This document shows, piece after piece, positions 37,227 through 49,200 of a stretch of DNA of 64,000 bases. This stretch comes from Takakia lepidozioides. Its lineage: Eukaryota; Plantae; Bryophyta. Numbering within the stretch: position 1 is the stretch's first letter; each line of letters starts with the position of its first letter. The translations under genes were made by a program, and so were the position numbers. The notes beneath the pieces are model-generated. The model was not told the DNA's origin and ran no database searches. It saw only the letters and a list, made by a program, of their open reading frames with translations. The stretch covers positions 19,530,001 through 19,594,000 of the forward strand of contig CM060732.1 in the NCBI GenBank assembly GCA_030704615.1, given 5' to 3'.

Positions 37227-40200
37227 ATGGCGGGCTGCACAGCAACAGGGACAGCGCCACCCTCACCAGTGACACTAGCAGGTTTCAAGCCCATCTACAA
37301 CCGAGCACGTGGGGCTCTTGATCCATCATCTCCACATGCCCGTAATGTGGCACTGCTTCCGTTCTTGTTTTACATCTATGCTGCGGATGCAGGCCACCTG
37401 CAGGTCCTCACTACAGACTTCCATGCCAACACCTGGCATGCTCGTGTCTCATGTGACCAGCTCCTTGCTCTGGTATGGCCCCCACAGAAACCTCTTGGGT
37501 TTCTGTCTCTTATTCGTACTGCAACTTTGCTTGACATCCAGAGAAGGCACTAAATCTACACATCTAAAAAGAGGGAGGAAGGACAATTGAGATTAAGTTT
37601 TTTTCAATTACGTACACTGAAAGCCCAGAGTCAGTATAATCACTGATTGAGAGATAAGAAGAAATTCAATTGTATCTGTAGGAGGTCTGGAAGGCCCATG
37701 GAACATTACAGAGAGGAAGAAATGAAATGAAATGAAATGGTGCTTTATAACGTCTGCGGAAAGCTCGTAGAGCTTATGGGACAAAATGGAAGAAAACATG
37801 AGAGAGGAACAAATCCAGAAACCACAATTAATGTTCTAGCGATTGTCTAAGGGTGAAGGCCTCATGTAGGTAGGCTGCCAAGCATTTTTGATCCTCATAG
37901 TGAAAGACATCAGTGAGAGTTTGGGTTCCACTGAATAAACAGTGGAATCTCCCACGGATCTCGTAGTATAGAGGGCAGTAGAAGAAGAAGTGTTCTTCAG
38001 TTTCAATTTCCTTGCTGCGCCCTATGCAAGCTGGACATAGGCGGTCCTCCCGTTGCAGGTTTTCCCATCTGCCAGTCTCTATCCGTAGGTTGTGGGAACC
38101 CACCCTGAACCGCCCCAATGCCCTCAAGAGGGAAGGAGATAAGGGTGCTGAAAGGTAATTTGGTCTCAAGATTCTATCATCGCGGAGCACCAAGAATGTC
38201 TCTCGATAGAAGTGGAGCTTTGTCGTGAGATTGGGTAGCATGCAAGTTCTCTTGACATGTAATTCCATAAGCTCTCTCCGAATGAGTCTGTTGCGGTCAT
38301 GTCTGGATGTGATGTCCACCTCATCTGGGTTCATTGGTAATAGGAAAGCAGTAGAAAGTCTGTTACGTTGAAATAAACTGTCCACTCGAGCATACCAGGA
38401 GTTCCTGAAACCTGCAGCTTTGAGCCTCATAGATGTTGTGAGGGCCCTAGCCACTAGCCCTTTGGGTGGAAGGGCCTGCAATCTATGGAGAAAGATTGTA
38501 AGCCTGAAGAGGGCCTCGGATTGCAATGGTACACATGCGAACTCTGCACCTAGGATCTGAGATGGAGTTGTGCTCCTGCGCCAAGCATTGCTGGAGAAAA
38601 AGATGACTGTAATGGTTCCAAATTTTTCCCACCAGGAGACAGGGACACCAGGTGCCCCAGAACTCACAACCATAGATGGTAGCAGGGCTGACGACGGTGT
38701 CAAACAGCCACTTTTTGGTCGGGGGATGCCGCAGATGTATTTGCTTGCATTTGGCCTGAAGGCGGACGGAGGCCGCCTTACCTTTAGTCAACCTGTCCAA
38801 GGCAGTGGTTGCAAAGTGAAACTTGGGGGAGTGGATAACCAGACCTAGGTACCGGTATGATTTCACAATCTCAATTTCCTGCTGGTTGAAGATGAATCTA
38901 CGATCAGCCTGGCCATTGAAGACCATGATCTTGGTCTTGCTAAGATTGACCTGCATCCCATAGTCTTTGCAGAACTGTTCCAAAAATTTTGAGATGGCGT
39001 TGCAGAAAGACCGGGGGATTGTGCCAAAAGGGCAACATCATCAGCATAGAGGAGATCTGATTGGGTTGGTCCCCCATCCAATGGGACCCCAACCCCATGG
39101 TTTTTGATATGTAATTCTCCAAGGCGTCAATGTAGATCCCGAACAGGGTAGGTGAAAGGGGGCTGCCCTGTTGACTCCAATGTTGCTGTGGATCTCGGCT
39201 GAGAATTCACCAGCGACGTTGACCATGCCAGTGACAAATCATACATAGAAGAGATGGCACAAAGGATGTCTGGAGGGACTTCCACTCTATGGAGCCGTTG
39301 GAAGAGAAGGTCCCGAGGAACTGAATCAAAAGCTTTGTGAAAGTCCACGAAGCAAACATAGACCATTCTTTTGTCATAGCGTGCACTTTCCACCATAACT
39401 TGAAGAGTGAAGATGTGGTCAATAGTGGATTGGTTTCGACGGAAACCAGCCTGTCCCTCAGCACGAATGCGAGAGTACTCAGCCCAATCATCCAGTTCCA
39501 TGGCCACTACTGCCCCAAACAGTTTAGCAAGTAATGAGGACACCATGATAGTACGATAGTTTGTCGGTGCGAGCCTGTCACCGCTCTTAAAAAGTGGGTG
39601 GATGATGCTCTTTGTCCACTCTGTTGGGAAGCCCCGTTGCACCACCTCATTGAAGAGGTTAGCTATAAAAGGGGCTAAAGTAGGTGCAGCATGCTTGATG
39701 AATTCACTCTGAAGTCCTGAAATGTCCACCGCTCTGCCATTTTGCAGCTTCTTGATTGCCTTACTGACATTGGCTGTAGTAAAGAGAGAGAAGTGAAGGG
39801 GTTTAGAGGTTATAGGAGAAGGAGTTTGGGTTGGGGAATGGTACAAAGACTGTGCATACTCATGCCAGACATGAATGTCAGTGATTGGGGGGGGATCTCT
39901 ATGAGGTTTAAGGAGGGACCAAAAAGATCGAGGAGAAAATCTGATTTTAGCAAGGAAAGAAGATTGCAACTTGATAGTGTAGGCTTGCTTTTTGGATCTA
40001 ATGAGGGACTTATAGTGCTTAAGAGCAAGATTAGTGGACTCTGGAGAAGAATTGGTATCAAGTAGTAAAAATTTGATGCGACGTCTAGCAGTTTTGCATT
40101 CCTCATCATAAAATGGTGCGTAACGACGAGTGGAGAAGGGTGAGGAGGTAGATGGAAGGGTGACGGGAAAGGATCGCAGGGCTGAGTCCCAAAGGGCTTG

Positions 40201-43200
40201 AGTAAGATGTGTAGCCTTGTCGTTAGGAGATGATAGATGTAGAATGGAAGGGAGGGTTGACGCTAGGTATGTTTCATACTCGGCGTCGTGTAAGTGAGAG
40301 AAAGGGGTATTAAAGTGGATACGTGGGTGTAAGGGAAGAGACGCAGAGGGGATCCTCACGGGGAGGGAGATGGAAGGAAATGCAAAGGAAAGGCAAGAGT
40401 GATCAGAATCTGGGTACCTCGTGATGTAAAAGGAGCTTATCTATCAGGCTTGTTGGGGCTCCCCAAGAGATAGTCAACCACGCTTTGGCCCTTGTACGTG
40501 TGGCAAGTGAACTGGCTGGAGGATTTGAAGTTGGTGTTCCATTGTAAATGGACAGCCCCTGAGTTTCACAAAACTTGAGTAGATGGTGACCGTAACTTGT
40601 GATTTCGCAAGAGGAATCTGCACTTTGCCTCTCCAATTCCGTATGCGAGCGTTGGATGTGTAGAGGATCTGTGTGTGGTCGAAGGTGGGGGCCTGTAGTG
40701 ATCCTGTACGGGCGTTGAAATCTCCAACCAAGAAAATGTCCGTTTGTGGGGTACGGAGACGGGCCATATCGTCTTCCAATGGAACATATGGTGAATCTGT
40801 TCGAATATGTAGGCCGCTGTGCGGAGATGCGGCCGGAGCAAAATAACATCCCGCCAGCAGGATGTTGTAGCCTTTGATGTGACACCAAATGTACCTTGCC
40901 AGTGGGTCTTTGTATGGGAAGGAGATAAGTGGGAGAAGCCAGTCAGCAAAGTAACAAGCCACACCTCCAGATCCTTTGAGACCTGTACGTGGACGAATCA
41001 CTGAGTGAAAGCTATACCCGAGAATAAAAGGGGGGTCCTTTCCTTCATACGCATGAGTTTCCAAAAGAAAAAGAACATCACACTTGGAAAGAATATCTAG
41101 AAGCCCTTGAGGGTGGCTCCACAACGAGCCATTACAGTTCCATGAGCCAATGTGTAGATGTGAGCGTGCGTTGGTCTCATGGTGCCCCAACCCCTATTTA
41201 GAGCTAGAGGGGCGACGTTCGTGCTCCCGGACAATTACCCTCCCATCTCGGTACACGGCATAGTGCCCTTGAGCTCGAGCTTGCTTAACCTGCAAGAGTT
41301 GCGCCTGCATGGCGTTGTATTGCAAAGGGGTCAAGTCATCGTTGAGGTACATACCCTGACCTCTCAATTGAGGCCTCTGCCTGAGGACTCTATCCGAGCA
41401 CCCTTGTCCTTGAATCTAATGAAGAGGACTTTGTGCTCTGAAGATCCTGCACGCCAAGCCCTTCAATGCCACTCGTGCCCCGTGGGAGAGCAAGGTTTTG
41501 CTGAATAAGGCTGGTGGCAGCGTCAAGGGTCCCCCTCAGCAAGGCCCCCTAGCTTCCCAGTGACCCTGATGTTAAGGGCTTTGAAAGCCCGTTGCTGTTC
41601 CTCTCGCAAGGTAGCCGAGACTGTCTCCTCCAGAGAGTGAGGACTGTTGTTGGATGTGCTCCCCTTAACTATATTAGCCCAGGAGGAGGCCTCTGCCTTG
41701 TGAGCTTGGAGCTCCCGAGCCATTGTAGACGTCGCAGTTCTGTGTGTTTCCAGCTCTTTGCTAAGGGATTCCACTTGCAGGTGGATGCTTGCTGTGAGGG
41801 GATCTGGGAGGCTCTTCTCTGTGAAGGTCTTCACTTCGCCTTCAAGTTTTGAAAGACGCGTATGTGTGGATTGTCATTGAGATGTTTCACCAGACCTTGA
41901 AGTTTGCTAGTGCACTCCTGAAGAGAGGCCCGCAAAACGCTATCCTGAACTCGCATATTGTTCTCCAAGTCTGTGTATCTGTCTGTCATGCGCTTCTGCC
42001 AATCTTTGTCCAAGGAATACATGCGCTTTTCCCAATTTTTGTTAAGGGAAGCCAACCGCTCCTCCGAGTCATTGTCACGGGCGGCGAGCACTTGCTGCAG
42101 AGTCTCCTCCGAGATGCATTTCGTTTGTACGATGGAGATTTGGTCTCGAAGCGTTTGAACATCAGCACTCCTTGTGGAGTACTGACGCAAAAGAGAGGCT
42201 TGATGAGAGACAGGGGCAGGAAGAAGAAGCAGAGGGGAATCAGGTCGACGTGAGGGAGACGGGTAGTCTACCTCGTCGGCAGCCGTCCTTTGGCGTTTGG
42301 ACGTCATGGTGTGGTGGAGATGGCGCTAGCGCGCCAACGCCCGTGAGCGCAGCGCCTACGTGCTGCCGCGCGCGCGCGCGAGAGAGAAACGAGAGAGAGA
42401 GAGCGAAGAAGAGGTGAGAGAAAGTAGAAAGAAAGAAAGCCAGAACGAAATAGAGAGAAGTCTATGGGATGCCCGGAGGACACATAAGAACAATAAGAGC
42501 ACCAAAGGAACACATGAAAAATCCAAATGTCGCTTGGAGACGGGATGCGGTAACCTCCTAAGCACTTGGGGCCCTCATAGCTGATGGCCTCTGCCAAGGA
42601 CAGAATCCCTAGAAATACACCAGGATCTTCCCCTGATCTGGTATTAGCTAGGGCACGAGTAAAGGAAAAGTCGACTGGAGAAAGAGTGTTAAATTTTTCC
42701 CTACATTACTTCAACTTCGGGCGCTTCATGTCAATCCTCTTCTGGAGAGACACCTGTAGCAACTGCATCAGTTTGTTCCATTAGGTCTTCATGATTCCAG
42801 GTCCCAAACCTCACATGCACGGAAGGCAGTCGCAGTTATTTCTGCATTAAATAGTCATCTCCTCCGATCCGTGTCTCAAGTGTGTAGCTGGTGACATTGT
42901 CCTTGCAAGAGTGATGCTGCTGGGCCTTTACCAAATCTGTCTCACCATGAGATCGACATGGACATAAATCACCCAAGTTATGTCTAGGATTCAGCTACAC
43001 AGAGAGAAAGAAAAAGACAAGTACGTTCATGGTGTCCACGGGGGGCCCAGAGGCTTCATTGGATACAGTAGAGCACAGTACAACTACCGAAACCAAAGGA
43101 GAGAAAAAGAGAGCAGGGGACGATGAAAAGGAAGATTTCCTGGCAGTTACTGGGAGGAGCTGGCTAGTCTCTGTGTTCCTGTCGTCAGTGTCACATGCTT

Positions 43201-46200
43201 AAGGGAGCAGATTAATGGTGTCGCTCTTCCTTGTGATTTTGGAGAAGCAGAAAGAGAAGCTGGCCTTCACGGGCAACTTTGGATCACATGTACAAGTACT
43301 GCACAAGGGGTTTTCATCAGATGATGTGAAGGTGGAGTTGGGTGGGCCTGCAAGTGCGATTGGGGGCATAGGTGAGCTGGTGCTATCTTGACAACATATG
43401 CCTCTTTGGCCTCATCTGAAATTAACACATTGGCATGGAAAGGGCTTGGACATTGCTTTGACCTAATTGAATAGCAGATGCCTGCAACAACGTCTTGCCA
43501 CAATCACGGAGTCTATCATTGCACTCCGAGAACAAGACACAGCCTGCTGCCCTTAGGGCAGTTTGTCACCTCCAGAACTGCTCAATACAGCAGTCATGTA
43601 TGAACTCAGAGTGCTCACCTTGATTTCTAGAAAGGATGAATTGAAAGTGAGGACTAACTGCCTTCCACCAAAGTTGTTGACCATGTCACTTTGGAGCAGG
43701 CTCAAATCTATTTGGAACTTTGGAGCCTTGTCTGTACAAGTGGGCCTCAAGGAAAAAGTGGAGGGCTTGGCACTATCCAACACTAAGAGTAGGTTGCTAA
43801 ATGTTAAACTAGGAGAGAAAACTGGAGTGCTGGATACAATGGTGAGGATAGGGTGCACCACAGTGGGCATTTTGCAAGGGAGATGTTCTGTTTGAATTGA
43901 TAATTCACTGGAGCCACTTCTTGCTAGTCTGGGAGTGGTGAAGAGGAAATGTCAACAGCTATGACCATCCCTGGGTCTGAATTTTGGGGTGGAATCTTGC
44001 AGTCAATCTGCATACACAACTGGTTTTGCAGTTTGACTGTATCTCTTAGTTCTGCAGCAATCCTCCATTTGACCAGCATCTGTGGATGACAGATGACATC
44101 TAAACTTTTGTCAGAGCCTTTGGCTTCCAACTATGTGCAACTTTCGGTGATTTATGCATTCACTCAGTGTGTTGGTGGGGGATGGATTGACTGCAAGGCA
44201 GGTGCCACAACAGCAAGCCTTAAGGTGGCCATTTCTGCATTGGGAGGGGACCCACGCCCTGATGTGGGACTCAACCTGGAACTTTCACATGGCCACATTG
44301 CAAGCGACGATATGGGCACCTTAGCCCTGGAGATTTTTGAAGCCTTTATACAAGGTTGGTTGCTGGCGGTAGCATTACCTGCATATACTTTGCTGCTTTG
44401 AAGAAATCATGTCAAGGTGTGTTGGTCAGGATTGTATTCTCTGCACATGGCAGCTTTATCTCACTCACCATCTCATAATAACCTATATTGTTGGATAGAG
44501 TCCTCAATACCTGTTCCTGCTCTAACAGTACCAATCTGAGTATCCAAGAATGAAGTGACTAAATCATGTGGCCTAAGAGCTGTAGTAATATGGCCAGAGC
44601 AGATGCACCTTGGGAGACTCTTGTGCATAGATCATCTCTTATATTGTTCTCGTCACCCCATATGTGACACCCAGGCAAGGCTACTGCTTGATGGATAAGG
44701 AAATGCCTCCACAAACTCTACTTTGGTTGCCGTTTACTGGTTGCACTGTCACTGTTTCAGCAGAGGGCACCTAGTACTCTTCTCAGCTGCCAATCTAAAT
44801 CTGTTTGGTGGGCTCCTGGTTGTCCCAGCTAAGGGTCGCATCGCTCAGCTCGAAGGAGCCCTCAGGAAGGAGAAGGTATTTTCGGCCGTTTGTCCAAAAC
44901 ACAGCCACAGTTTGAAAATGCAGTAGAGTGTTCCCAGTTAGTAAGTTGTTATTTTGGCATCAAATTTTCCTGTCCATTCTTTAGCTTTTTCAACATTAGG
45001 GTGCCTGGAAATGTTATGTTCAGGAGAAGTGCGCGAAGGTTTTGGATGCAGTTGTCCATAAGAAAGCAAGCACAATCCATTTTATCACCACCCGAGCTCC
45101 TGGCGATGTGGGGATTGTGTGTCCTCTGACAGAAACTGGGGCTGATGGCTGTCAGACACCTCCGTCCTCTATTGAACCTCACCCTCTGACCTCCTCCCCT
45201 ACCCTGTCTTTCTCCCCACAATCCCCCAGTCTTAGCCAAGGAGGGGGGGAGTCGCAGCTCAAGGTGTCAGGCTTGCCAACAACTCGCGTGAGACTTGGGG
45301 GGAATGGGAGTGCTCGTAGCAGTGCATTGAAATTGGCAGTAGCAAACAGCTATGCACGGGTCACTCCTAACAAACCCTCAGGTACCAGTCTTGCAAACAT
45401 AAAAGCTGCATATATGTTGGAATCACCTGGTTTCCCATGTCTTGGTCATTGCATCTATGTCGACAGCTACTTTCTGTCCTCAACAAAGTTTATATGAACC
45501 TCCTTCATGCGGTTAACCGCTTTTGCACTGTTTGATTTTTTATTCCATCTTGTAGTTAAGAAGGACATGGAGAGTGATGAGGAGAGGCAACAGCCATCAT
45601 GTTCGGAGAACCAGACAGGGAGCCGAGGTACTCCCAGCAACAATTGTAGCAACAATATCAGAGCGCTGCACGAACTTCCTCACAGCTTGGAGGACCTTGC
45701 AGGCCTCAGTTCAGGAAAACGCAAATATCGGGATCTTGACCCACATATACTAGCCAAGATTGATGCCGGCGGCGAGAACAGGAGTGTCAGGAGTGATATG
45801 TGGGCGAGGTACAGTGTTAATGTCTTGTTATCAGTTACTACGGCCTTGTCAACAGTGGTGCAAATTTAGCTTCTTACTGAAATGCCTGGGTTTATGGGTT
45901 TAGATCTCTTTTCTGAGGAAGCTAATGAGTTATGCAAGTCAAGTTGTTAAATCTAAGATCAGGAAATTTCTTGATACAGTCATCATCACCACTTGTCTAT
46001 GCCCAAGGCAGAGCGACAGCTGTCTGCTTGTTTGGAGTTACATTAGGTGGTAGGTAAAATAGACATTGCATATACTGGCAGTTCATGCTCTCAGCAGTGA
46101 GTCTCAACAGTTCATCTGTACTTCAGAAAATGTGGTTGCACATCTTGCACATAACTGAAGGGAGACGAGATCTCTAATGAAGGATTTCAAGCCTTTTCTG

Positions 46201-49200
46201 TTCTTGATGCTGCTGCTTTTGTTTCTTTCTTGTGCAGCTCCATTTACTGTAGACACAATTCTGCAAAGTTTAGTGATGTCCATTGATGTGAGAAAAGAGC
46301 AAAATGTTTGTTCAAGGGAAGGTGCTTTTTCACATTTCAATGCAAGAGGCAAGGGACATGTATTGGTCAAGAAAGCATACAACTGATGGCCCAGTGCCTT
46401 AGGCACAAGGCTGCCTTGCAAGTGGTTCTGGAATTCAAGTCTGCTTAGGTATATTGGGTGTCACCCATTGCAGCCAACCCAGCTATAAAGGGGGGTCATG
46501 GGTAAATTGGCCACCTAATGTTGTGGTTACCTAGGGCCTTTTGAACTAATAGAACCGAAGGTCATAGGCCGGGAAGGATTGGGCACCCATGGCTGTTAGA
46601 ATGCTTTGACACACATGCTCTTTTTTTCCTTGGTAAGGGACAAGAATGATTTCAGCCCATTTTGAAAGGTGTTGTAGTGACCAAACAGCCACTCCAATTC
46701 ACCAGCAACAATGTAGTGTGGTTCAATTGCATTGTATGTGGCAAGGAGAGAGAACCCTGAATTGACCTGATGTTGTAATGTCAGGCGGATTACATGGAAT
46801 GGCGCGCAAGGATTTACAGAGAAGGAAATTGAGGAGTTGCCTATAGCAGAGTTCGCAGAGACTCTTGTCAAATTTTTCTGCATGGTGAAAAAACGCAGCG
46901 GTGACCTATTCCCCTCAGACAGGTCATTGCAATCTCATGCTTCTTTCTCTCTTTCTTCTGAGCTTTCCGCGGACGTTATAAAGCACCATTTCATTTCATT
47001 TCATTTCTCTTACGAACACTGTACTGACTAGCACATGAGAGAGATGGTCACATGCGTGCTTCTAACAGGTCATTTATGCTCATGGCTGTTGCTCTCTTGC
47101 AGCAAATGTAGTTTACAAATTTGATAGAAGGAGATAGACACATAAGTGGGTTTGGATCTCTGTTGGTGTGTAGAATGGGTGGATAGCTTGGTTGGGACTT
47201 TGTGACGAGAACAGAGAAACGCTGTGTGGCAGGGAACAGATTAGACACTGTTATGACTGGTTGACCGTTTGCTTCCGTTCTTACACTCAAACGAATCCAA
47301 TTCTCTGGTTGGCTGGTTGGATTGTGCAGTCTAAAGGCAATGTTTCGAGGGTTTGCACGAATCCTCAACTTCCATTACAAAAAGTTGGCACTACAAGGTC
47401 AGCATGATGGTCCAATTGTGGAACCCAACAAAGACATGCTGTTTGAAAAGGCCCGAATTGCGTGCATGGAGGCAATGAAGTATTCCATCCTCAATGGGGC
47501 CAATGTGAAGAAGTCAAAGCTGGATTTGCATCCCCCTGAGTCAGAGGAAGTTTTCTTACAGCATCCAGATAACCAGATTTTGGACCCAGATGGGTTGGTA
47601 CGGCGGCTGGTGTATTATGCAATTCATCAATTCCAGATTTATGGCAACATGGAGCTCTATGACACCACCGATGTTGAGTTCCGGAGAGGTGTCGATGAGA
47701 AAGGCATAATTTACTGGGAGTAAGTCCTTTGTTATTTACTGGGAGTACATCCATAATTGCACTACATCAATGTTATTACATATGAAGTAATGATGGGCAT
47801 CCTTGTCATTCTTATGCACCAATTGCATGATGGATTCACAGGTCCACTCTTGGGTTGGGTTGCCAGATACAATGAATCATGCGCTCTGAGATACAAAAAC
47901 AAAAGCAGTTGGCGAGAGGTGGTGCGCTGCTCAGAAAAAGATGTAGTCTTGTGCTGGGATGCATATGTTTCTCATGTCCCACCGAAGCCCTTAGAAAACG
48001 AACCCCGCCGCTTCTTCCTTTCTCCTATCAAGCGACCTGCATTGGTAAGCTTCATGTTCTTTCTAGTATAAAGTTTATGGTGGTCAGGCTGTGTGGTGGC
48101 ACTTTTGTCTCCGCATGTAGTCTTTTGGGTTACCCAATGGTTGTTTTGTTTTGAATATTGGTCCCAACATAAAGATTAGATTGTTCATTCTGGCTGGTAC
48201 TGTCATATGTAGAGGTCATTATATTTCAAAGCAGCCTTGGTTCTTGTGATGAATCAAAGCCCTCTATTTCAACTTTGCTGTGGGGTCTATAGCATCGGAT
48301 TTGGAGACCAGGCCCCCCCAGGCCAAAGAGAAAAGATCGGGAAGCAAGACTAGCACGGGTGAGACTTCTCTTCCAAGAAGTATTGAAGTAAATCAATTAT
48401 CTCCCTTTCAAGAGCTGTGCCTTCACAAAACCATCTCCGCCATCGGGTAAAATGATAGTGGTCAGTGTTTGGAGCACTGAAATGACTGTTTGGTGATGGA
48501 GAGGTTTGAACATTCGTGCGGTCAGGTATGGTTCCGTCATCAAAATCTGAGCTGCCGGACTCTCCTCAAACTGTACCGGCAGCTGGGAGGACCCAAACTG
48601 GAGGAGCTGCCTATGGAAGCAAAGAGAGCACATCGACACTCCTTGTCATTGCTGAGGTTTGCTCTTGCCTTTAAGCTCTCTGGGCTCTTTGTGAGCAGTT
48701 CCTTCCTTCCTTCTTTATTCATTTCATTTCATTTCCTTCTTTATCTCTTTCTCCTCGGTGGTGGCTGATCTCTGGCAGAGAGGCATTTGTAAGTTTGAAC
48801 ACCAGAAATGCTTGGCAGAGCCAAAATCCTGGACACACCCACAATTGAAGACAACATGAAGCTGCTTGGATCGTACAGTGACAAGCATAACTAACCTGAC
48901 TCAAAGAACAGACCGGATAACAGATCCTCACTCCTATGGCTTCGCACTTTGGCACTGCATCTTGGGGCTAAGTTTGGAGTCCCTTCATGTGGTTCTCAAT
49001 GTTGTTCTACTTCATCCCATGGGCCCTCGAAACCTCCCGTTATTAAAAGTTACTTTCTTTATGTTTCTCTATTCCTCTCTCTTTCCTGTAGACTCTATGG
49101 CCACAAGGCTACAGCAAACGTCCTACGAGTACATTCTGTTTCCTGTAGGCCGTCTGGGCCTGGGGTGCATATAATGAATTTCTCTTTTTTTCATTTTGTT

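Noticed and set aside
37690-42480. Target-site duplication for the large LINE
   Set aside because: Only loose AG-rich matches (AGAGAGGA vs AGAGAGAA); not convincing.
43563-43895. 110-aa ORF as an extra exon or an L1 remnant (GGLG motif in another frame)
   Set aside because: It lies in intron 2, the exon 2-3 phases already match without it, and the similarity is too weak.
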